Shown here: positions 40,045 to 51,754 of the stretch, piece after piece
Position numbering within the stretch: the first letter of the stretch is position 1
Layout of the letters: the number at the start of each line of letters is the position of its first letter
Assembly: GCA_964035545.1 (NCBI GenBank)
Contig: OZ037768.1
Span: forward strand, 2,884,741-2,948,740
Source: Bugula neritina
Lineage: Eukaryota; Animalia; Bryozoa
DNA length: 64,000 bases
Direction: 5' to 3'
The notes under the pieces: generated by a model
Told to the model about the DNA's origin: nothing
Databases searched by the model: none
What the model saw: the letters and a program-made list of their open reading frames with translations, nothing else
Position numbers and translations under genes: made by a program

Positions 40045-41078
40045 CTAGTGCATTGTTTAATCTGAAGCTGTGGGCCAACCAGCAACTTGCTTAGCTGATC
40101 AAAGTCAACAAGTTCATGTCAATAACCCCTGTACTTTCTTCAAAACTGAAAACTGCGGTTAACCAGCAACTGGCTTAGTTGATCAAAGCCAAGAAGTTCT
40201 CATCAACAACTCCTTTCCTAGTGCATTGTTTAATCTGCATGAAGCTGTGGGCCAACCAGCAACTTCCTTGGTTGACCAATCGAATTAGAGTTATCACTAA
40301 AATCCTGGGAACCCAAAACTTCGACTATAAAAGGCAGCACAGAGGTAGCAATAGCTATTGACATAGAAATAATCATTAAATTAAACCATTATATTTTAAA
40401 CTGAGGAATTTTACAGTGAGTGACTTGGTCTATTTTTTCCTGTTTAGAGTGATGTATTAATTGTTGTAATTATGTTTGTAGTGGTGATCTATGAATGTTA
40501 CATTCATAGATCACCACTATAAACATAGACATAGTAATAGTCATAAGTGGTACATTTACAACAAATTGCCATGATGATAGTCATAGTAAGTTATAGTAAG
40601 TGCAAGCATTAGTCTTAGATTTAGTACTACTGCTGTCTATTACTAATAGTATTAGTATTACTTTTAATATTAAACCAATAATTAAAGTTATAGTATAACT
40701 ATAGGTATAAAATATATTGTCATTGAATTACATTTATTCTACTATTACTAATAGCTAATACTAATAACTAATAAGTAATAAAATAATACTAATTTGTTGT
40801 AGTTATTATATTATAATTATAAAATTGATAATAATAATACTAATGTAAATGTCATTATGAATATAAGTATATTTAGCTTCAGGGTTCAGGTTGTTCCCAT
40901 ACTAATGCATCAGTTTAGCTTTTTGCTAAAGAGCACTTATTTTACAAATAGTTAATACCATCAACATATAAATTTGTCTTCATGTTTTCATTAAATCAAA
41001 TGAGCTATTTTCCATCATGACAATATATTTGAAAAGACTTGTATACATTTACATGAGTATCTTTATCTTACAGGCAAC

Positions 41079-44000
41079 ATGTCTGCTGTGAAACACTTAG
41101 CAACTGTATTAATACTAAGTACAGTGGTACTGGCTCAAGTACCAATACCTACCAGACCGCTAGGTGTTGTGTATAAGAATGCGTCATCTTCTGCTGCTAT
41201 ACATATGGATGCGTATCTGGACCTTTCATGTGGAGACTCTAAAGCAGCTTTTCCCGTCCTGAAACAAGTAGCTGATAGTTACGGGAGCCAATTGCGACTC
41301 AAGTTTTTTAATTTCCCACTTCCATACCATCGAAATGCTCATTTATCTGCTGTTGTAAGTCTATTTGATAATTTGTGCTAGACTAAATACTTGAGACTAG
41401 GTTTTGAATATTATTTTTTTTAGATAATTTACAGGTGATCTATTTTATTTGTTGAAACTTTATTGTAGCAAAAGGCCATTTCATTTTCTCCATTAATTAT
41501 AGCAAAAAGGATGTTTGTAAGAAATAGTTTATGGCGTCTTATATAAATTATTTTTAATATTTTTACTAAACCGCTATGCCTATTCTTAGGTGTGTGGACA
41601 TTTGCAGAAGTTAATTTAACGGCACAGCCGTGGCCTAGCGGTTAGAACGTTTGCCCAGTAAACACGAGGTCATGGGTTCGAGCCCAGACAAAGGCCATTG
41701 GTGATGTTAGGAAGAGCATCCAGTCATTATTGCTCCTGTGCTTCATTTAAATAAGTCCTTAGCCGCTTTAACAAAAACCCTTTTTATCAGGGGTTTCCTT
41801 CAGGGATATCGACTATAAACTTGCAGTTTAATGAGATTTTTAACTTCTAGAATCATTGAGAGTAAAGAGTAATCAAAGGAGCATTTTATTAGCATTGACA
41901 GCTGTTGGCATTCTTATTGATTAAACTGCAATTTCACTTGCCATTTCTAAGTAACGAAGTTTTCTTTTACATCACACTGTTTTGTGCTTAGTTGTTGCCT
42001 TTTTCTAATGAGATGCCGAGCCAGAATTGAATTGACATGACATTTTGTGGGCAAAACCATTGAATGCACCACTTACAGTTTGTGCAGTAGAAGCCTAATT
42101 CAACCAAGAAACATGATTGCATCTACATGCTGTAGCTGATATCATTAAATACTTTTGGAAGATATGAGTTACAGATGAGTAAATGTGGTACCAACTTTTC
42201 TTTCTATTTACGACCCTGAGATTATTAATGAATTTAATGTAGTTGTCAGTTGATACGGAGGTTGATTTCACCTCTACAGATATGTTTTTTGGGGTTAACT
42301 TATTCAGACCTGTGAATCAGTAAAGTCAGGACATAGTATATATGTCTATATAATACAGATTATATTTTTACTAGTTTCTATTAATATCTAAAGAAAATTA
42401 ATTAAAAGAAACTTTTGGTGTAGAAAACTTGTGGTTTTTAAAATCTGTTGATCTAAAGCATGGGTGCTCAACCTTTTTTGGGAAAAGGCCGTAAAATAAC
42501 CCTGAGCCACCAAAAAGGCCACTAGAAAGTAGAAAGTTCAGTGTCAATCTTTCTGTCAAAACTCTCCATGTATTTTAATTGAAGCCTATTTTCTAATTTG
42601 ATATGTATTTATTGGTGTCCGGTAAAAATGGCACAGGTAAAAATGGCACAGGTAATAATGCCACAAGTGACAAAGTACGTAAAGATGGCACATTTTCAAT
42701 ATTAGGGTTTAGGATGGGGGTTGGGGGTTTGGGTTTGAGAACATCAGTGTGCCATTTTTACCTACTTTCCATTTGTGCCATTATTACCTGTGCCATTTTT
42801 ACCATGCCATTTTTACCATTTACCATTTTTATCTGTGACATATTTACTGGTGCCATTTTTACCTAAAATCATACTTATTTTATGAAAAAAGGATTCAGAA
42901 GAATAGCTTGATTTGTTCAGGAAAGTAAGCATTTCTCTGTACATTGAACAGAACACAGTATGGTTTGATAATTTGGTTCAATGTGAAGGATATCAGCCAA
43001 ATAGGAGTCTGTTAGCCTCAATTTGAATTTGTTTTTGGCATACCCCATTCGAGAGAATAACTGTTCACACCAATATGTGCTTGCAGTCATGATTAATATA
43101 GTAAACTTGGGAATTAGTAAAAAGCAAAATTGCGAAAGAATTGAACCTGAACTAAATTTTTATTTTACTAAGAGACAAAAAGGCCACATTTACCAGCTCA
43201 AAAGGCCGCCAAAAGTCTAAAGGCCGCAGGTTGAGCATCGCTGATCTAAAGTAAGATAGTCTACATCTTCAAGTTTACAGAATGCAAGAGAAACAAACTG
43301 GAGATCAACCAGAGTTCAATGCACATATCTACTTCCTTTTGAAAACCTCGCACTTAATTACGCAGATAGTTTGGCAACTGACAGTTTAACATTTTATATA
43401 TTAATTTTTAATGAATACATTATTGTGTATCGTATCATGTTATATGTGCAAAGGATACATGTAAATAGTGTAGAGTTTCTCTCCTCGTTGAACAGGGTTC
43501 TAAAATAGTGCATGACAATCCTATTCCTGGTCACAGTGCTGATGAGTCCGTTATTATGTGGGCACAAACCTTATTCGATACACAAGCCGAGTGGTCTGAT
43601 TTGGCAACTAAGGATGACAACTTGGGTCAAATTCAGGCGTAAGTGATTATCTTCAAGTAATCTCAATGATAGTTTAGTAGTCTAAGGGAAGTTATGTGAC
43701 ATGTGTTATCAGGTCATGTGATTGGAGGTGAAGGATACGAAATCATTATGTTGTGTGGCTCTGTCTGCTGCATCTACCTTTAGACTGCGTGTTACTATAG
43801 CTAACCCACTGAAGTATATAAATCTATTTGATTCTTTTTACTTTCGAGCAGCCATAGTCTAATCACTCTAATGGTTATAGTACTAGCCTAGCAAGCACTA
43901 GGTCACCGGTTCGAATCTCGGCTGAGCCATTGTTGATTCTAGAATGGTATTCAGTCTATAATTGCTCCTGTGCAAAACAAAACTATGTTGCTGGCATAGT

Positions 44001-45020
44001 ACTCAAAACTAAAGCAGCCCCTTTATTATCGGGGGAGGGGGGAGGGGGGAGGAGGGGGGAGGGGGGGAGGAGGGGGGAGGGGGCCCTTTCACAAAGGTAG
44101 AGACTCTAAACAGACATGAGCTTTGTTTGCTTTTATTCAATGTTATTATTCTCTCATATACCAGCCACCAGTACACTATGCATACTATATGCCTGCATAC
44201 CACTTCCTTCATTATAGTTTATAAGTGCTGGAGTTTTCCTCTCATTTTGTAGGCAGATTGCTTCCTACAGCTCAGCTCATGGTTACGATGTAAATGCGTT
44301 CCAACAGAACCTGACCAGCTCTGAGTATGATTCGGGAGCACGCATTGAATGGAAATATGGCTGTTCACGTTAGTGATTATACTTGTATATGTTTGTGTTT
44401 GTTGCCATGGTTACATATCAAGTATGAAATTATGCTAAAAAGTTTAATAGATGTTGTCTGCAGAAGAGTCTAAATAATGTATTTTATTAGAGGTATGGTT
44501 TTATATAAGATAGAAATCATGTTGAATAGTACAGTTGTGTAGCAAAGTGTTGGATAAATGTGGAATATTCTAAAATAAATCTAAAATATTGTAAAATTAG
44601 AATGGGTGTAGAATTTTATATAATAGATGTAGAATAGAATTAAAATGTTATAGGGTAGATATAAAACGCTTGCAGTGACATACTCAGGGTGATGTGTGTA
44701 TTATACTCTTTTTGTCCACCCATCTGCCAGGCTCTGTAGTGTTTTAAAGAGCAGTTACTAGTTGTGACCCAACAGTATTAAATGTTTCTCCAGTAACAGA
44801 GGGGTTTACTGTACTCATCACGGGCTATCAGGAAGTGACATATAGTATGTGAGGAAAAGGAGAGTTGTGTAATCAGCTGGATGCAATTAACTGATGTAAT
44901 TTCCTGTTTACAGGTGGAGTGGCCGGCACTCCCTGGATCTTCATAAATGGAGTAAACGTGGCTGCCGATGGCTCATGGAGCCTCTCCAAATATGAAGCTC
45001 TGATTGACTCCCTGCTATAG
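41079..45020 (+). CDS. Secreted DsbA-like / thioredoxin-fold protein, copy A (CGDS); exons 41079-41354, 43496-43638, 44253-44368, 44914-45020
   Basis: Signal peptide, DAYLDLSCGDS (CxxS), FPLPYH, and WKYGCSRGVAGTPWIFING (cis-Pro loop typical of the DsbA/Thioredoxin_4 family). Confidence 0.85.
41621..41825 (+). mobile_element. tRNA-derived SINE, family 1
   Basis: A box TGGCCTAGCGG and B box GGTTCGAGCCC. Homologous to 1779-1988 and absent from the paralogous intron of copy B. Confidence 0.88.
42459..43243. mobile_element. Non-autonomous hAT-type element with 8-bp TSD
   Basis: TIRs CATGGGTGCTCAACCT / AGGTTGAGCATCGCTG and TSD ATCTAAAG on both sides. The empty site is present in copy B at ~53500. 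Confidence 0.88.
42613..42870. mobile_element. Foldback-like element nested in the hAT element (GGTAAAAATGGCACA repeats, inverted at the other end)
   Basis: Tandem GGTAAAAATGGCACA on the left and TGTGCCATTTTTACC on the right. Exact ends and TSD are not resolved. Confidence 0.6.
43846..44100 (+). mobile_element. tRNA-derived SINE, family 2, with an expanded G-tract (44031-44083)
   Basis: B box GGTTCGAATCTC and a body shared with family 1 (ATAATTGCTCCTGTGC). The corresponding copy is in the other arm at ~52690-52900. Confidence 0.65.
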
Positions 45021-46180
45021 GTGGAAGAACTCTGTATTCCACTATATAGGAAGATATCTGTAGCCTCTAACCCTCAGGCCGGTAACTTAAGGCTGTCTCG
45101 AAATGCATTACATTAGTCCAAAATAATTGTAATTGACAAATTTTCATGTAATTGTAATTAATTACATACGTATGTAATTGACCCTAATCCTGACTCCTAG
45201 TATGATTTTAGTGTGATCAAATGGCAATTTCTTGCCTATTTCAGACATTTTTTGCTTTTTCAAAGTTAGTGATTATTCTTTTGTTAATGTCATATTCAAA
45301 ATTTTAATAAATGCAAGTCGAAACTCATTCATATAAGTTTCTGTTTATATAAAACTATCAATACTGGTTTTGAATAGCAGAGTGTATCTCACTCGGAGTT
45401 GTCTTGCCAGTTCAACATTTGAAATAGACTACTACATCAAATAATGGACATGCATGTCTAGTGTATACTATATCATAAAATATATACCTAATTCACAGAT
45501 TTAATTAAATTTAAATAACAAAGTATTTATTATAGCTGTTGAAAAAGCTCCAACTTATACATAACTTATTGTCAGCTATATAGTATGTACTGTAAACTGG
45601 TACTATTACAGCATCTATACCTTATGCATAAAGCTTTTTTATTTAACCAGCAGCTCTGTTTATTAGTGCACATAAAAAGACAGCCTTGCACATCTGAGAA
45701 TGATGGATGAAGTTTCAATATTTATTATAATACTAACATATATTTCAGCAGCCTCTACATTAGTTTCATATTATATTCATAGCCAGTATTAGTTTCGTGT
45801 GGTTGTAAAACAAATCAAAAATATAAATTCACTCATGCATGTGTTTATAAAAATAAAATGATATAATATTTCTCTAATAAATCTACTCTATGCCAATAAT
45901 TAAACAGCAATTACTATTTACAGCTAATCAGAGTAAAATGCTTAATATGGCAGCTTTTAAAAACGTGTTTCTAACAACTGAAGTTATAGCCAAAAAGTAA
46001 ACCTTCGTGTTTTATGCTGGGTTAATACTAAATGTTTACTGGCTAACTGCATTCTAGCAGGTTTAACACCAGACTTGGTTAGAGTGTTAATAGTGTCTGT
46101 AATACTACCTAGTGTCTTGTATACATTTTATATATTCAGGGAAACTCTTGTGCTATATAGGTGTCAAAACTGTATCATAT

Positions 46181-46440
46181 AGATGTCAGACAGGTGTCAG
46201 ATAGATGTCAGACAGGTGTCAGATAGATGTCAGACAGGTGTCAGATAGATGTCAGACAGGTGTCAGATAGATGTCAGGCAGGTATCAGATAGATGTCACA
46301 TAGGTGTCAGATAGGTGTCAGGCAGGTGTTAGATGGATGTCAGATAGGTGTCAGATAGATGTCATATAGGTGTCATTTGTGTCAAAAGGTGTTATTTAGA
46401 TGTCATCTAAGTGTCATCTAGGCATCATCTAGGTGTCAAA
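46181..46440. repeat. 22-bp minisatellite (AGATGTCAGACAGGTGTCAGAT), decaying into the stop codon of collagen-EGF gene 2
   Basis: Direct reading. Confidence 0.88.
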
Positions 46441-49400
46441 TATGCAGTGCTGACTGTCTTCCTCGTTGAGTTCTCAACAGCTGGAGCCAGACAACAGAAT
46501 GCTATCACCAGAATCACCACAACAACCATTAATAGTAGAAACCAAATCAGCAGCGCTAGGAGAGCGTTCTCATTCAGTAAGCTGGTGCCAATCAGCTTTG
46601 CTACAAAATAAACAGTATGTTAGATACAAACTTTATATTAAACAGAGGTGAAAGTTTTTTCAGCTTTCATCAGTAATAATTTCAAAAAAGTGATCATGCT
46701 TTTAGTTGCTTTAGTTGCAAAGACTTTTTAAAGAGTCTACAATTTAGGCTATTTGTAGAAAGTTAAAAAGTATCAAAAGTTGTAGCTTAACTTTAAGGTT
46801 GACTTTTTTAATATTTTTTTTTCTCAAAGCTAATGAAGTAGCTTTATAGTGTCTTTTGTAATATTTTTGTGTAAACAAAAATGTACTTTAGTAGACCTAT
46901 GCCATTAGTAAGAACATTTATGTTTTCATACCATTAGCTGCAGTTTTATTGTCTTGAAAGCATTTGTATGAGCCGAGAGTGTTGAGACATATCTGGTCAG
47001 ATGCACATTTATCTTTTCCTTCCAAGCATTCATCTATGTCTAGAATTGTCACACCATAATCATGATAATGATTATACACTATACCTGTATAGCTCAGAGT
47101 GATATACCTACGTGCCCTTCAACTCTTTGGCAGAGCATACAGTTTACACAAGCTGAATTTTTGCTATGGCCTTACAATTAATACTGTCACTAAAATAAAA
47201 TTGTTACTTATTCAAGCAAAGCGCTTATATTATTTTTGAAATGGCTGAATCAGAAGTTACATTTCTAGGTCTACACAGTATACTACAATGAGCTCTAGCT
47301 TTACACAGAATGCTATTCTACAGTAAAGTTTGTAGAAGAACCGTATGTAAATAGTAAACCCAAGAATTGAATGCTAAATTGTTTATATAAAGTATGAGAC
47401 CAACTGACCGACACAGTAGCCTGAGGCCCTAGCCCGGTAGCCACTGTAACAGCTGCACTCCCCACTGCTACAGATTTGATGGCATCCTCCATTATCTATG
47501 GAACACGTTCTTGCTGGGAATAAGTCACCTGAAAAATTAATTTTAAACACAGTCATGGATTGAAAGAGCAAAACTTAATGATGTTGTGTTAATTACTATG
47601 AGTTAAGTTGAACTATTATAGTGATAAAAACTAAATACTAGAGCTTATAGCTAAGAAATTACTACTTTTTATACCTCAATACAATGTTTTTCTGTAAATA
47701 AACTACAACATTAAAATATACAAATATATTTATTTGATATAATATATTGAATAACAAAAAATTATCTCAAACAAGCTTCATATTTTTTTAATTTGATAAA
47801 AAGTGTTTGAAACCAGTGCTTTTAAATCCCTATCCTTCCTATCCACAGTTTTAACTTGCAGTTTAAATTACTTTTGCACATGTTGATATGAATTTAAAAT
47901 GACATTTAATATCATAATTATACTTCTTCACATAACATTTACACTCACTTCTGCATGTGCCATCTGGTCTGAGACTGTAACCATCTAAACACTTGCAATC
48001 ACCAACGACGTTTCCGGAAGAGTCTAAGTTATCCTGGCAGTATTGTGACCGGCACGATTTACCGGAATACCCCTCCAATTCCAGGCAGCCATCTTTGTAC
48101 TTGCTGTCTGCAAGTCATTAATTAATGTCATGTATACATATGACACGTGATGAGAGTGCATGCAGGTGCCAATTTGTTATGCAACCACACATCAAAATAA
48201 AAAACAACAAAACAACTAACATCAATACCATATATACATATTATGTAAGTAACGGTGTATATAACATAGTATCTTTTGACAACATTAAGTATATATATAC
48301 ACACGAGGATACACTGGTGAGCTATATTATAATAGCTAACTATAGATATAATGATATAAAGCAATATACCAGCTGCAATGATAATGAGAGGTTTTTATGT
48401 TATTTTTACCATAAAAATAAAATGTATTGTCCTATCAGTGTGCACAGTTACTTTATTCTTAGCTACAACTGAAATTGTGCCCCCTTACCATAGGGGAATG
48501 GATAGCCTAGGAGTCCTTGATAACCATGAGAGCCAGGTGCACCTATATCTCCAGCTTCTCCTGGATTACCAGCGGCACCCCTCAAACCAGAATTCCCTTT
48601 AATTCCTGTTTGACCTGGACTTCCTTTAGGTCCAGGAAATCCCTGAGCTCCAGTAGCTCCTTGACTGCCCTTAGCACCTGCAGCTCCAGTTACTCCATCT
48701 AAACCCTCCACTCCTTTGATGCCTTCAGATTTCAAATCATTAAAACATTTAACCATATTGTATATAAAAATAGACTAAAAATTTTTGTTTGAAGTTTTCA
48801 ATGACAAACATTATTTTTGTAAAGATTACATCATCCATTAGGGTGCATTATCCATTCAGGTGCATTATCTATTACTAATTATTATTTGTACCTACAACAC
48901 GTATGAAATTTAACACAGCAAATACAAAACAGACAAATTTGTTTAACAACTTTATTGATCTTTAGAGCTGTATGAATGCAGTATTATAAATAATATTACG
49001 TTTGAATACTGATATAAAGACATCACAACATCTGCCCACCTTTTTCTCCTTGAGCACCAGGTGTACCAATATCTCCAATGACACCCCTCACTCCAGTAGC
49101 ACCGGTTGCACCGCCTGTGTTAGCTAAATGAGCTCCTTTAGCTCCTGGTGCACCTTTCTGTCCTGTTGGACCAGTTGCACCAGTAGCACCTTGTAAGCCC
49201 TGTTATATAAAGTTATAGCTCAGTGCTAACAATGATGTCCTGTGTTGATTACAAACTAATGTTCTATATATCTAAAAGTCAACATAGTAGAGGGTACATA
49301 TGAACATATCTATCTGTAACATTTTGTGTTCTATGCATAAAAAGGTGTTTTCTATGTTTAGAAAAGCATGCATTATATTTAGAAAGATACATTCTATATT

Positions 49401-49597
49401 TATAAAAGTATAATTTATATTTAAAACAACCCTCTTACTTTACTTCCTGTAGCTCCTCGATCACCAGTAAATCCTTGACTTCCGGGTAATCCGACTTCTC
49501 CTTTTTGACCTGAAAACTGAGGCGGTGCTGTTGGTTGGCCAATTACAGCAGCCACACAGACTAACAGACATACTGCTAGATAACGTCTGACATTCAT
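46425..49597 (-). CDS. Type-I membrane collagen-EGF protein 2 (signal peptide, 49 Gly-X-Y triplets, 2 EGF-like plus a 4-Cys cbEGF half, TM, short tail); exons 49597-49439, 49199-49040, 48722-48489, 48107-47949, 47528-47409, 47039-46932, 46600-46425
   Basis: Signal MNVRRYLAVCLLVCVAAVIG; Gly-X-Y exons; CSIDNGGCHQIC..CSCYSGY; DIDECLEGKDKC..CLNTLGSYKC; TM ALLALLIWFLLLMVVVVILVIAF; tail CCLAPAVENSTRKTVSTAYLTPR*. Confidence 0.85.
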
Positions 49598-50484
49598 AAT
49601 AGTTGGATATCCCTGAAATACATAACTGTGCAAACTATACAAACACGATAATCTAATAGACTGGCAACAACTGTAATGTGCTCCAGCTGTTCTTGGCTGA
49701 AGCCTACACAGAACTGCATGCAAATATTAAAAACATAAATGGCTACGAAAGCAACTCAAAAAATATATATGCATGTACCAAAAGTGATTATGATGGCACC
49801 AAAGTGCAAATTAATTTCAAACTTGTAACCAAACTCATTTTATATTGGCACATTAGTACAAGAGCATAGATAAATTATACAGTTTAAAGTCCTAATACCG
49901 AATCCTGTTAAAAATTTGTCAAATGAACTAAAGCCATCAGCTCAAGTGAAGTTATAAAATATATTCAAAAGGTTATGTAAAAATTATTGCAAATAGCACA
50001 CTCTTTTTAAATTGACTATAATCATGAGCTAAAAAATATAAACTTGAAAAGCCTAACATTCTGTTACTAAAGCACTAACCAGTTACAGTGGTGCATCAGC
50101 TGCTGTAGTAGTAACTCACTGAAGGCCACGCCTTACTATAGTTTCTACACACTAGTTACGCTCCATTAAGCAACTAGTTATTGTGAGACTAACTTTAAGG
50201 TTGCACTGCTATAGACATCAATGTTAGCTGAACAGTTTAGTTGGGAGACAAAAGGTAATGTATGCTTAAACATTCAGCAATCAAAAGATTCAATGAAAAG
50301 CTCGCCATGACTGAATGACTGCAATGAATACCCTGATAAGTGTTGAAGCAACATTAAGCCAGGTTATTTTACCCTTATAATATTTTAAACATAAATGTAA
50401 AATATCTCACCTTACATTGAAAGGCGGCTTTAAAGTGTTAGCATGTTATATGCCTGTGGACAAAGTATAATAATAGGTATCTGT

Positions 50485-50595
50485 AACATCTTGCTTTATA
50501 CTGTACTATGCAGTTTATGAAACATCTTGCTTTATACTGTACTATGCAGTTTATGAAACATCTTACTTTATACTGTACTATGCAGTTTATGAAAT
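50485..50595. repeat. 36-bp tandem repeat x3 (AACATCTTGCTTTATACTGTACTATGCAGTTTATGA)
   Basis: Three near-identical copies. Confidence 0.85.
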
Positions 50596-51754
50596 ATTAT
50601 ATAGTTTTTATCAGCATAAACTTACTTGTTCAAACAAAAATTAAGTTAGTGAAAATTTTGTATTTTTAGCAGCATAAACTGACAAATCAAATTAAATTAG
50701 GCAAAAGCCGAATGGTCACAGCTATACAAAAATATTTTGCTTAACTGGGAGGATCTGAAGCAGTCAAATATAAAGCAGGAAGAACAACTAAATTAAAATC
50801 AATGTCAATTAGTGAGAGTCTAGAGTGAAATAGTTTTAGAAATTGTGTCGATGTTGCTGGTTATTTGCAAGTTTATGTTATAAACTTGTCAGGCAACTTC
50901 AAGACTGGCTATGATTATAATATGCAACTAACATAGAGGCTGCTAAAGTATGCGTTAATGTATTACTATAATAGATATTGAAACTTGATTCAACATTATA
51001 AGATGTGCAAGGCTGTCTTTTAATGTGCACTAATAAACAGAGCTGCTGGTTAAATAAGAAAGCCTTATGCATATGTACATTAGCATAAGTTATTATAGAT
51101 GTTGCAACTATCAGTTCACAGTACACATATAGTTGAAGACAAGTTATGCATCAGTTGGAGTTTTTTCAACAGTTATCATAATAGCTATTTTGTCATTTAT
51201 ATTAATTAGTTTCGTATGATATTATTGAATTGTTTGTTAGAGATATCCATTATATTTTGATGTAGTTGTCTATTTTAAATGTTGAACCCGACAAGACAAC
51301 TCCAAGTAAGATACACTTAGCTATTCAAAACTAATATTGCTAACTATATATAAACATAAACTTATATAAATGGGTTGCAACTTGCATTTATTAAAATTCT
51401 GAAGATGACAATAATAAAAAATAATCACAAAACCCCAAAAAGTACAAAATGTCTGAAATAGGCTAGAAATGGCCATTTGCTCACATTAAAATCATACTAG
51501 AAGCTTAAATGTACTTCAACATTAAAACTTTTCCACAAATTTATAAAACAATTTTAGAGCACAACATTTTATCAAAAATAGAGTTGAATAAAATCTTTTT
51601 TTAGCAGCATTACATATGATACAGCATCTTCAGTACATGTTTAATTAGCACCAAGTTTACGAATCACAACATGTTGGACTAATGTTAAGTTGTGATCACA
51701 TTCCGAGACAGCCTTAAGTTACCGGCCTGAGGGTTAGAGGCTACAGATATCTTC

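Larger units (their letters stand above)
36880..40277. repeat. Satellite of ~16 units of 84-90 bp with a conserved core and three variant middles, interrupted by transposons
   Basis: The core AACCAGCAACTTGCTTAGTTGATCAAAGCCAACAAGTTCATGTCAATGAC recurs. Variant order is A A A [TE] B A B A C C B A C C A[TE] C A. Confidence 0.92.
40471..45787 (+). repeat. Left arm of a large inverted segmental duplication (partner ~50903-55452)
   Basis: Upstream region, exons, introns and 3' flank all align to the reverse complement of the right arm, apart from arm-specific insertions. Confidence 0.9.

Noticed and set aside
36880-40277. CRISPR array (palindromic repeat plus variable spacer appearance)
   Set aside because: The middles are only three related variants that recur, there are no cas genes, and the context is eukaryotic. 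It is a satellite.
41621-41695. tRNA gene
   Set aside because: A and B boxes are present but there is no proper acceptor stem, and the sequence continues into a body repeated elsewhere. It is a SINE head.
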